Below, one piece after another: positions 1 through 8,480 of a DNA stretch of 64,000 bases (positions within the stretch are counted from its first letter, which is position 1; each line of letters opens with the position of its first letter). A program made the position numbers and the translations under genes. Source of the stretch: Candidatus Babeliales bacterium (GTDB lineage: Bacteria > Babelota > Babeliae > Babelales > JANWKD01); contig CAVRJO010000001.1 of assembly GCA_963722255.1 (NCBI GenBank), forward strand, positions 480,001-544,000. Reading direction: 5' to 3'. The notes under the pieces are model-generated. The model saw only the letters and a program-made list of their open reading frames with translations, made no database searches and had not been told where the DNA came from.

Positions 1-1
1 C

Positions 2-697
2 AAGGTAACTATTCACTATGAAGGAGATTTTGAACCAAAAGAAGTTGATGCTGCGCATATAGTTCTTTTGGCTACAGGCGCTACTACATTTGACCAACTA
101 AAACCTTCGTTAGTTGAACAATATAACTTTAAAAGTTTTCCCGAATACACAACTCATGGTGTTGCAGCTTTATACTACAAACCAGAAACCGATCTTCAAC
201 CGGGATTAACAAAAAATCGAATAGTTGGTAATAGTACTGTAAACTGGGGCTTTAAAGTAACTTTAGTTGGAAATGGGCTAGAATCTCAAGCTGCACGATT
301 AGCAACTCTTTACCCAACCGTTACAAAATTTAGTTCGCCTTCAATAAATCCCGCCTTATATTGGTATCTTTATGCTACCAAAAAAGAACAACCTACAACA
401 CTACCTTTTTCTGAAACAGTCGACGTCCATTCGTTTGTTGATTTTATTCCGTCTCTTGCAACTAAAGGTGCATTAATGCATGAAGGTAAACCATTAATTG
501 TTTGGGGCGATGCTCGAACCAGCGCTCATCCATTAACAGGTGCTGGACTTACTATTCCGTTTCGTTCTATTAAAGCACTTTTGCACTGCGTACGTAATTT
601 TGATACTGATGCATCAAGTTTAGAGCGGTATAATAAACAAACAGAACCATTAGCGCGAGAACTGTTCATTAAAACTCTGTTGGTGACGTTATTTTAA
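2..697 (+). CDS. FAD-dependent oxidoreductase/monooxygenase-like protein, 5' end outside window
   Basis: Frame is open from base 2 (KVTIHYEG...HIVLLATGA). GDARTSAHPLTGAG resembles the GDA..HP..GxG FAD motif of flavin monooxygenases. Confidence 0.6.
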   Translation, partial: KVTIHYEGDFEPKEVDAAHIVLLATGATTFDQLKPSLVEQYNFKSFPEYTTHGVAALYYKPETDLQPGLTKNRIVGNSTVNWGFKVTLVGNGLESQAARLATLYPTVTKFSSPSINPALYWYLYATKKEQPTTLPFSETVDVHSFVDFIPSLATKGALMHEGKPLIVWGDARTSAHPLTGAGLTIPFRSIKALLHCVRNFDTDASSLERYNKQTEPLARELFIKTLLVTLF

Positions 698-753
698 ATA
701 ACACTCCAAAAAAACTTGGGCTCTTTATAAAACCATTTTTTGGATATCAAAGT

Positions 754-1185
754 TTATTCTTCGTAGCTTCTTTTACTTCTCATTTTCTTTATGGCACTAC
801 GCTTTGTTTTTTTCTGTAACCGTGATTCCTTTACCGCTCTAGAAACTTTTGTTTTCATACGTATTTTAGGTACGTAGAGTGCTTTTTTAACTTCAAGTGC
901 AAGCTGCTCAAAAGCGGCTTGTTTATTTTGCTGCTGGCTACGTGATGCACCACTATGAATAATAAGATCGCCTTCAGTGGTTAAACGAGATTGCAAATTG
1001 GAAAAAACTCGTTTTTTTTGATCTTCATTAAGCGCTGATGTAGTATTCACGTTCCAGCGAACCGTAACACGAGTTTCAGTTTTATTAACATGCTGGCCAC
1101 CCGGGCCACCAGCTCTGCTTGTTGTAATTTCAAGCTCATGCTCCGGTATAACTATGCCATTTTTAACCCAAATATCATTCTTCAT
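754..1185 (-). CDS. arfB: Alternative ribosome rescue peptidyl-tRNA hydrolase ArfB (YaeJ)
   Basis: SRAGGPGGQHVNKTET (GGQ motif), RSQQQNK and a basic C-terminal tail. Confidence 0.93.
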   Translation of the reverse strand: MKNDIWVKNGIVIPEHELEITTSRAGGPGGQHVNKTETRVTVRWNVNTTSALNEDQKKRVFSNLQSRLTTEGDLIIHSGASRSQQQNKQAAFEQLALEVKKALYVPKIRMKTKVSRAVKESRLQKKTKRSAIKKMRSKRSYEE

Positions 1186-1253
1186 ATAAATCCTAAAGTA
1201 GTAATTATACCAACTTTACTCAATTATTATGTTCATTTACAACATTCTAGCTT

Positions 1254-2324
1254 TTATGTAACACCAAAAAATTTTTGACAGCGTTCAATAAGTCGATCAA
1301 ATTCATGCTGATTTGCTGTTAACAAATCTTGACCACGCAAAAAAGTTATACCAAGAATTCCAGATTCTTTTGGTGCATAATAAATAAGTTCATCACGCGG
1401 CATACCTTTCAAATTTGTCATTATCACTTTTACATTAATCATATACTGTAACTGATTAAGAGGCGGTTGATTTTTGAGTGTAATAAGATGACCTTGCACA
1501 GGTATGATTCGTTTATCACCCGTAAGAATTTTTGCACCCATTCCTGCACAATTAAAAATAATTTTTTCTTCAACAGCTTCAAATGTTTCAACTTCTCCTT
1601 GAACTATTTTAATTCCTAATTCACGAATATTTCTATGCAACTCTTGCATCATTATAGAACTATTAATAAAAATCGTATCATAGTTCATTACTTCATACTT
1701 TTTTCCATTATCAAAATCTATAGTCACCTTTTGGGGCAATGCTAGCAATCCCTCAGAACAATATGGTTCAAATCCCGGGTCAATATCCAACCCATAATAT
1801 GCCGGCATTACTGAAGAGCCTGAATATATAAAAGGATGTTCACCACGAGAAATTTGAAGATAAGTAGTATATGATTCAATACCAAAAGAACGGAAAAGAG
1901 CTTGTTCAAATTCTGTAGAACATTTTCGATGGCGTGGGAAAAAAAATCCTGCAGCTTTTGTTGAAGGAATTCCATCGATTTCTTGTGCAACAATATGCAC
2001 CATATATCCTTTACGAGCAAGGAGTATCGCTGTTAAAAGACCATGGCACCCTGCACCAATGACACAAATAGGTTTATTTCTAAATTCTAAATTATAGTGC
2101 ACCCGCTCTTCAAATTGTCGAATTGATTCATGAACAGATCCAAAAAGAAAGGTCCACCCAGCACCTCCATGACCGTAATTATGGCAAATCAATTTGTCCT
2201 CACGAATTTCTGAATATACCTGGAATATACGTTCACGGTGTGCACGGATGCAGCTAATCTTTTCTTTAATATGCTCTTCTGAGATTGAGGGCGGCGTAAG
2301 ATAAATTATTTTTTTAGTATTCAA
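1254..2324 (-). CDS. D-amino-acid oxidase family FAD oxidoreductase with circularly permuted motif order
   Basis: HNYGHGGAGWT, VIGAGCHG Rossmann motif, NCAGMGA, PVQGH. Confidence 0.8.
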   Translation of the reverse strand: MNTKKIIYLTPPSISEEHIKEKISCIRAHRERIFQVYSEIREDKLICHNYGHGGAGWTFLFGSVHESIRQFEERVHYNLEFRNKPICVIGAGCHGLLTAILLARKGYMVHIVAQEIDGIPSTKAAGFFFPRHRKCSTEFEQALFRSFGIESYTTYLQISRGEHPFIYSGSSVMPAYYGLDIDPGFEPYCSEGLLALPQKVTIDFDNGKKYEVMNYDTIFINSSIMMQELHRNIRELGIKIVQGEVETFEAVEEKIIFNCAGMGAKILTGDKRIIPVQGHLITLKNQPPLNQLQYMINVKVIMTNLKGMPRDELIYYAPKESGILGITFLRGQDLLTANQHEFDRLIERCQKFFGVT

Positions 2325-2418
2325 GATTTGACTATCGAGTTTATAATGCTTTATTAATTTTTAAATATATCGTCTTAATGGATTTAAAGCAATATTCTAT
2401 CTGGATATTAAATCCAAT

Positions 2419-2447
2419 TAGACAAAAGGCGTTATTAATTATATACT
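2419..2447 (+). promoter_or_regulatory. Putative sigma70 promoter
   Basis: TAGACA-17 bp-TATACT upstream of the 2452/2494 ORF. Confidence 0.45.
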
Positions 2448-2451
2448 GATT

Positions 2452-2769
2452 ATGATAAAAATAAGCTTTTTAAAACATTACTTTGGGAGTTATATGAATC
2501 TTTGGTTAATAATCACAACTGCATTAACAAGTTTTATTATGGGATCAAAAAATCTTTCTGCTTTAAAAAAAATAAAAACACAAAATAGTTTTATTTATTA
2601 TGCTTTTGCAGCTCTATGCTTTATCACTCCTGCTATAGGGTTTAGTTTTATATTCCTCAACATACAATCATCAATGATCAATGGTATTTTTTTCGGGCTA
2701 GCAATAGGCATCGTAATGGCCATTCCGGCCTGTTTCATGCAATTTTATTATAAAAAAAACAATAATTAA
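2452..2769 (+). CDS. Small hypothetical membrane protein (start may be ATG 2494 after GGGAG)
   Basis: ORF with three hydrophobic segments; SD-like sequence before the second Met. Confidence 0.6.
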   Translation: MIKISFLKHYFGSYMNLWLIITTALTSFIMGSKNLSALKKIKTQNSFIYYAFAALCFITPAIGFSFIFLNIQSSMINGIFFGLAIGIVMAIPACFMQFYYKKNNN

Positions 2770-2778
2770 GAGGTTTAT

Positions 2779-3159
2779 ATGAATATTTTAGCAATTGCTC
2801 TTGCCACCATCTCTAACTTTGTACTTGGTGGATTATGGTATTCCCTATTATTTGGAAAAATTTGGCAAAAAGAGGCTAACATAAGTTTTGAGCAGATACA
2901 ATCTAACCCAATTCGACCATATTTTATTGCATTTATCTGTTCTTTGCTTGCTGCTCTTGGATTTGATTACCTGGTAGCGAATTCAGCATCCTTAGAAAAT
3001 AATCTGATACTAGGACTTATTATTGGCGGCTTTGTAGCAACATCACTTTGCATTAACTATCAATTTGCGGCTCGCAGCATTAAACTTTTTTTAATTGATG
3101 CAGGATATCATGTGGCACGATTTATTATTTATGCAATAATCTTTTGGTATATTCAATAA
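2779..3159 (+). CDS. DUF1761-like membrane protein
   Basis: LGGLWYS.LFGK.W and LFLIDAGY patterns, four TM segments, AAGAGG SD. Confidence 0.75.
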   Translation: MNILAIALATISNFVLGGLWYSLLFGKIWQKEANISFEQIQSNPIRPYFIAFICSLLAALGFDYLVANSASLENNLILGLIIGGFVATSLCINYQFAARSIKLFLIDAGYHVARFIIYAIIFWYIQ

Positions 3160-3181
3160 AAAAGATTATTAGATAATTTTT

Positions 3182-3227
3182 AAAGAGAGCTTTTAGAATC
3201 AAAAATTTCTAGAGGCTCTCTTTTTTT
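3182..3227 (+). terminator. Rho-independent terminator
   Basis: AGAGAGCTTTTAGAA / TTCTAGAGGCTCTCT stem followed by a T run. Confidence 0.7.
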
Positions 3228-3330
3228 AGTATAAAAAGCATTCGACAAGGTCCTATAGCAAGAGTACAATAAGTATCAAATTATAATAGAAGTAAAGTAG
3301 GCCAAAATCGGTAAAAATTCAGAGAATTCC

Positions 3331-3675
3331 ATGCAAATTGTAAAAGATCACATAACAATAGAAGAATTAAAACAGATGTCAGAAAAGATGTTTGGCGATT
3401 TAGTAAAAGCAGTAGTTGATATTGAAAAAGAAATCATGGTAGTTGATGCGGAACTTCATGCTGATGAGGAAGCAGTACTGTTAGAATCAGAATCTGAACA
3501 AAATAATCTTTGGGGAATTAACTTACATCCAAATAAACTACCCGATGAAAGCTGGATAGAATTTGATTCCATGATAAATATTCGTCCTAGTTGCAACAAT
3601 AGGAGTCGTTATATAAATAATCCACAAATCAGAGAAAAAATAATAAAAATTGTAAACAAATTGGTACAAAAATGA
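3331..3675 (+). CDS. DUF5674-like protein
   Basis: VKAVVDI...ELHADEE...LWGINL...EFDSMINIRP pattern. Confidence 0.75.
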   Translation: MQIVKDHITIEELKQMSEKMFGDLVKAVVDIEKEIMVVDAELHADEEAVLLESESEQNNLWGINLHPNKLPDESWIEFDSMINIRPSCNNRSRYINNPQIREKIIKIVNKLVQK

Positions 3676-4010
3676 AAGTATACCACCCTTCACTTGCCTC
3701 TGGTCGCTGGTTTAACTTTTCTTTAGCTGAACAATTAGCAAATGTTGGCAGTGATATTGAACGTACAATTCAATGGAAGAAAAAAGGTGATCTTGAATAT
3801 AGCAATAATGCATTTGAAAGAGCTTTAGAACTATTAAATTTAACTATTGAAGATCCAAAGCACAGAAAAAGACTTAAAGAGCTTTTGCGGGTACGTGAAA
3901 TCCTTTTAGATTATTTTCTTGGTGATAATATATACTCTTTTACAGATGAATTTTGGCAAGACTATTTTTATCAATTTAATTATGCAGCGGCACTTCAAAA
4001 AGGACGATAA
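3672..4010 (+). CDS. Helical hypothetical protein translationally coupled to the DUF5674 gene
   Basis: ATGA overlap with the upstream gene; WF..SLAEQLANVGSDIER...ERALEL...KELLRVRE pattern. Confidence 0.7.
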   Translation: MKVYHPSLASGRWFNFSLAEQLANVGSDIERTIQWKKKGDLEYSNNAFERALELLNLTIEDPKHRKRLKELLRVREILLDYFLGDNIYSFTDEFWQDYFYQFNYAAALQKGR

Positions 4011-4031
4011 AATAAAAAATAAGGAGAACTC

Positions 4032-4607
4032 ATGAAAAACTCTTTAGTAGCTTTATTTTTTTTACATTTTTGCGCTATTTTTAGCATGAATAATATCGAT
4101 GATTCTGACAAAGCTCTTAAACTTAGAGTGGTTTCAAAAAAAGAAAATTCGGAATACCCAATGTATAAATCCCCAACTATTTTAATAACAACTCACGCAA
4201 AACACCCTGATTTTATATTTTCTGAATTAAAGAAGTATCCAGTGCAAGATCTTTTTAATTTTCATTATGCTCAGTATAACAATCTTTTACATTGCCTTGT
4301 AGAAGGGTTAGTTGATAAGAAAGATTCTGTCGAAAATTTTGCCCAACTTATTAATGACTACAAACGAATATTTAAATGGCTTGTTAGCATTGGTTTTAAT
4401 ATTAACGAAGTGAATGATCATCACAACACTCCTCTTGTTTTAGCCTACAGTGCAGAAGATCACTCTGTACAGCCTCTTATTAATTTTTTAGAGCATGATT
4501 TACAAGCAAAAACAACCTATTTTTCTTTAGCGCCTGAAATGAGATTTTGCAAAAACGTCTTGTGGGAATTTTTTACCTGCCAATGGTGTAAACAAAAACA
4601 TTCTTGA
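4032..4607 (+). CDS. Secreted ankyrin-repeat-like protein, paralog 1
   Basis: Signal peptide ending FS-MN; LLH...LVSIGFNINEVNDHHNTPL ankyrin-like motif; AAGGAG SD. Confidence 0.7.
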   Translation: MKNSLVALFFLHFCAIFSMNNIDDSDKALKLRVVSKKENSEYPMYKSPTILITTHAKHPDFIFSELKKYPVQDLFNFHYAQYNNLLHCLVEGLVDKKDSVENFAQLINDYKRIFKWLVSIGFNINEVNDHHNTPLVLAYSAEDHSVQPLINFLEHDLQAKTTYFSLAPEMRFCKNVLWEFFTCQWCKQKHS

Positions 4608-4649
4608 ATAAAAAATTAATTATTAAATACATTATCGATAAGGAATACA

Positions 4650-5240
4650 ATGAATAAACTATATGCACTATTATTATTTTTATTATTTATACCAATTTTT
4701 GGTATGGATCAACAAGATTTACCAGAATTTACGTATATAAGGTTTGAAGATTCAAAATATCCAATGTATGAATCACCCGGGCAATTAATCGATAATCATA
4801 TTCAATATCCAACATTTATACAGATCCAATTAAAAAAATATCGCATACAACAACTTCTAAACTTCAGACAACTTTACAGTCACAATAATCTCCTTCATTG
4901 TATTATTAAAAATTTAGCCGAAAAGAAAGAATCTCTTGAAAACTTTAGTGACCTTATAGAAGAATATAAACCAATACTTACCTGGCTTGTTAGCATTGGT
5001 TTGGATGTTAATGAAGTCAATGATAATCGTACTACCCCTCTTATGTTTGTTTATAGGGCACAAACTATCGTAGACTTCCAAGAAAAGGGAAATAAAATAC
5101 AATCATTAATCGATTACTTGGAACATGATTTACATGCAAAACCAACATATCTTTCTCTTGACCCTGAAATAAGATTGTGCAATAATTTCTTGTGGAAACT
5201 TTTTACCTGCCAATGCTGTAAAAAACAAAAATATTCTTGA
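4650..5240 (+). CDS. Secreted ankyrin-repeat-like protein, paralog 2
   Basis: Signal peptide ending FG-MD; LVSIGLDVNEVNDNRTTPL; clear similarity to 4032..4607. Confidence 0.7.
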   Translation: MNKLYALLLFLLFIPIFGMDQQDLPEFTYIRFEDSKYPMYESPGQLIDNHIQYPTFIQIQLKKYRIQQLLNFRQLYSHNNLLHCIIKNLAEKKESLENFSDLIEEYKPILTWLVSIGLDVNEVNDNRTTPLMFVYRAQTIVDFQEKGNKIQSLIDYLEHDLHAKPTYLSLDPEIRLCNNFLWKLFTCQCCKKQKYS

Positions 5241-5310
5241 ATGTTGCAGCGCAATACAATAAAGTAGTAATGAAAGAAATCATTTTCATTATCATGAAAA
5301 GAGATCAAGA

Positions 5311-6162
5311 ATGTTTATACAAATATTGATTCTAACTATGACTCTTATAACAACGGCATCTGCGCATCAAAACCTCTCATTATTACGCGAACATAATCCT
5401 TTTTCCTATGATCTTGGCATAAAAATTATACCAAGCAAGATTAAGAATGCTGATGTTACAATCTGTTGTCATGGGTATGGGCATAATAATCAAATTGTTG
5501 ATGTTGTGCATTCTTTTAATATCATTCCCGGCATCTTAATTGGATTCAATTTTCCTGATTACAATATCACACCGGCTATTGATCACACAAAAGCTGCCTA
5601 TGGTACCATTAAAGAAATTCTACCGCTTCTTTATATTCTAAAAAGATGCGTACATGATCTTCAACTCAAAAAAATAAATCTTTATGGATTTTCAGCAGGT
5701 GCCGGAGCGATTATTAATGCACTTGCAGCATTAAATCAAACGCGCTTTGATACAGAATTACACACTATTGGTATCACACAAGCAATTAAGAAAGAGATCA
5801 TAAATGCGCTTGAAAAAGGATTAATTATTCTCGATTGCCCTTTAAAATCATGCGAAGAAATAATTGATCTTCGTGGCAAAAGTCCTGAATTTGAAATTTT
5901 GGCATCTAATTATAAAAAAAATAGTATGCGGCAAATTGATTCATTACAATTTTTAGCGGGATTACAACTAAACATACTTCTACATTTCCAAAAGCCTGAT
6001 CAAATTTTAGGCAACCGAGATGATACTCTTTTTATTGAACGGTTGCAAAAAGCCAATAAGGGAACTACCACCGTAGTTGTAGGTTTCGATGGTGGTCATA
6101 ACACTATGCATAGAACCTTATGGAATGCATATAAAAAGCTTCAAGGCTCAGCGTTAAACTAA
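5311..6162 (+). CDS. Secreted alpha/beta hydrolase
   Basis: Signal peptide (ASA), HGYG oxyanion motif, GFSAG nucleophile elbow, candidate catalytic D and GGH. Confidence 0.7.
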   Translation: MFIQILILTMTLITTASAHQNLSLLREHNPFSYDLGIKIIPSKIKNADVTICCHGYGHNNQIVDVVHSFNIIPGILIGFNFPDYNITPAIDHTKAAYGTIKEILPLLYILKRCVHDLQLKKINLYGFSAGAGAIINALAALNQTRFDTELHTIGITQAIKKEIINALEKGLIILDCPLKSCEEIIDLRGKSPEFEILASNYKKNSMRQIDSLQFLAGLQLNILLHFQKPDQILGNRDDTLFIERLQKANKGTTTVVVGFDGGHNTMHRTLWNAYKKLQGSALN

Positions 6163-7325
6163 GGAACAACCGGACTTTTATGTTTACTGATATTTGCAAG
6201 AATAGATTTATCTATATTTAAATGAGCTTGCACAAGTTCAAAAGGAGTAAATGCAAGCCACTGAGCCAATGAAATATCAGCAAATCTATCAGTTCTAAAA
6301 ATTTCAAGAAAACGTAGTGTCGTAGTACCAATATTTTCAATATAGTGAGGCATTCTGCTTGGAACTGAACCCACATCGCCCGCTTGATAATTAAAGGTGC
6401 GTGCATTACTTCTTGGAGCAAATACGGTCATACGTGCATAACCTGAAATATAAAATTGCCACTCATCAGCATTGGGATGCCAATGTAATTCTCGCATGCC
6501 CCCCGGCTCTATTTCCACCAAAGCAGCCGCAATTGTTTGGGAAGCAGGAAACAGTTTTGAATCAGTAATTCGAACAGTACCACTCTTTGTTCGTAGTGGT
6601 TCTTGCTCCGACATATGGTGGCTAAATGTTCTTGGTACCGACCCACTGCCAACAATTTTATCTTTTGCAAGCAATGGCGGAACTTTTGACTGAAAAATAT
6701 ACAACTCTTTTTCAGGAATACGAGCAAAAGCTGATTCAGCGACACTAAAATTTTTGGCAAGAACTTCTTTTGGTGTATGCGCTAACCAATCTGTAAGAAG
6801 AAACGTTTCATCTTCTGAGAATTTACCATCATCAAACACAAGCAAGAATTCACACCCATTATCTGCCAATCCTTGAATTGAATGTGGAATTCCTGCAGGG
6901 AAAAACCATAAATCTCCCTCACTCACATCATCCTGAAATGCACAGCCATTTTCATCAACGGCAGTAATACGCGCATGACCTTTTAGTACATATGCCCATT
7001 CAGCGGCATGATGCCAGTGCATTTCTCGAATACCGCCGGCAGTAAGATGCATCATAACACCAGCAATAGTTGGCGAACTTGGTAATTCTCGAATCGTTGT
7101 TTCTCGAGTCCACCCTCCTTCGTAAAGTCGCATATGGCTATCAGAAAATGACCATTTTAAATTTGGTAAAAGACCATTATCAGTTTTTGGTGGAACAAAC
7201 ATATCGGGATTTTCAACGTCTCTTTCATGATTTGTTGGCCCAAAAATTGGGGCACCTAATCGATCTTTCATTGGTTCAGGTTGAAAACCCTCTCGTAATT
7301 TTTTATCTTCTTGGGCCATAAGCAA
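6159..7325 (-). CDS. oxdC: Oxalate decarboxylase family bicupin
   Basis: Two Mn-binding cupin motifs, REMHWH..AEW and RELHWHPNADEW; lid FSEDETF. Confidence 0.9.
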   Translation of the reverse strand: MLMAQEDKKLREGFQPEPMKDRLGAPIFGPTNHERDVENPDMFVPPKTDNGLLPNLKWSFSDSHMRLYEGGWTRETTIRELPSSPTIAGVMMHLTAGGIREMHWHHAAEWAYVLKGHARITAVDENGCAFQDDVSEGDLWFFPAGIPHSIQGLADNGCEFLLVFDDGKFSEDETFLLTDWLAHTPKEVLAKNFSVAESAFARIPEKELYIFQSKVPPLLAKDKIVGSGSVPRTFSHHMSEQEPLRTKSGTVRITDSKLFPASQTIAAALVEIEPGGMRELHWHPNADEWQFYISGYARMTVFAPRSNARTFNYQAGDVGSVPSRMPHYIENIGTTTLRFLEIFRTDRFADISLAQWLAFTPFELVQAHLNIDKSILANISKHKSPVVP

Positions 7326-7536
7326 ACCTTATATGTATATACTAATTTCGATACAATACTTTGAGACTAGAGTACCTCTATACACTTTTAAAAAACAATA
7401 AGAAGAAGTCGTAAAGATTTTATAGATCTTTAAAAAATCACCAAATACTAGAAGAAATGATGTTGCTTTTTAATTAAAATTTCAGCTAAGTTTGTTATAA
7501 ATAACTCAAAGTATCTTGAAATAAGGGAGTTTAGAA

Positions 7537-7689
7537 ATGCCTTATAAAGTTGGTAAAAAAACAAAAACCAAAGGATGGCCAATATTAAAAAATGAAAATG
7601 GAAAGTGGAAGGTAATAGCGCATTCAGTGAGCAAAGAAAAAGCAGAAGCTAGTATTAGAGCACGTCATATGGGTGCTCATCAAAAGTAA
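7537..7689 (+). CDS. 50-aa basic small protein (absent from ORF track)
   Basis: AAGGGAG SD, ATG 7537, TAA 7687-7689; MPYKVGKKTKTKGWPILKNENGKWKVIAHSVSKEKAEASIRARHMGAHQK. Confidence 0.7.
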   Translation: MPYKVGKKTKTKGWPILKNENGKWKVIAHSVSKEKAEASIRARHMGAHQK

Positions 7690-7703
7690 AAAATCCAGCA
7701 AAA

Positions 7704-8024
7704 TTACATTGAGCGAAAATGCTGCAAATCATTGAACCCAATATCAAGAAAATAGGAACTACCATTAAGACTCATGTATGCAACCAATGCAGTTGCCCCT
7801 AGAGCTCCCAATGTACGCACAACTGATTCAGGACCCTTGCTGTTATTTTGGATGTCATTCATAATTTTCCAGATTACTGCTCCTCCAACCAAAAGTATGG
7901 CAGCTCCACCAACAACTTTTCCCGTCCCCTGAATTGCCAAAGAACCTTTCTCACTAATTGGAGTAGTTGTTGCAACATTAAAAAGTAAAAGTGAAAAAAG
8001 CGATATGTTTATTATTTTTTTCAT
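7704..8024 (-). CDS. Small secreted/membrane protein, paralog of 8040..8366
   Basis: Signal-like N-terminus MKKIINISLF followed by two Gly-rich hydrophobic segments. Confidence 0.65.
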   Translation of the reverse strand: MKKIINISLFSLLLFNVATTTPISEKGSLAIQGTGKVVGGAAILLVGGAVIWKIMNDIQNNSKGPESVVRTLGALGATALVAYMSLNGSSYFLDIGFNDLQHFRSM

Positions 8025-8039
8025 AAAATCCTATTTTTA

Positions 8040-8366
8040 TTACTTTAAATCTTTAAGACCGTTGTCCAAGAGATGGATACCACTAAAAGTAAGGGCTATT
8101 ATCATTGCATAGGACCTTATATTGGGATAAATATCTATATATCCTGGAATAAGTGTCAGTGGTTGAAGATCCTTATGTTCAATAGCGTTATAAATTTTTA
8201 CATTTAAACCCGTACCCAATCCTAGGCCAACTAAATATACAGCAGCCCCACACACAACTTTTGCCGCCCCTAACATTGCCAAAGAATTTTTCTCACTAAT
8301 CGGAGTAGTTGCTGCAACATTAAAAAACAAAAGCAAAAAAAGCGATATGTTTATTATTTTTTTCAT
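8040..8366 (-). CDS. Small secreted/membrane protein, paralog of 7704..8024
   Basis: Near-identical 5' DNA and upstream SD region shared with 7704..8024. Confidence 0.65.
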   Translation of the reverse strand: MKKIINISLFLLLFFNVAATTPISEKNSLAMLGAAKVVCGAAVYLVGLGLGTGLNVKIYNAIEHKDLQPLTLIPGYIDIYPNIRSYAMIIALTFSGIHLLDNGLKDLK

Positions 8367-8480
8367 AAAATCCTATTTTTTATTTAAAAGAGTTATTATC
8401 GAACCAGCTTTTATCCATAAAAAATTAACACTTTTCAGTATAAACATGAAACAACATTTTGTAAAAAAAATATTAATTTT

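Noticed and set aside
2379..2416. 9-bp inverted repeat TGGATTTAA/TTAAATCCA between divergent genes
   Set aside because: Short, AT-rich, with a 20-bp spacer and no regulator nearby; chance cannot be excluded.
8455..8480. Xer/dif site as the IS1202 target
   Set aside because: The target palindrome does not resemble the XerC/XerD arms (no TTATGTTAAA-like arm).
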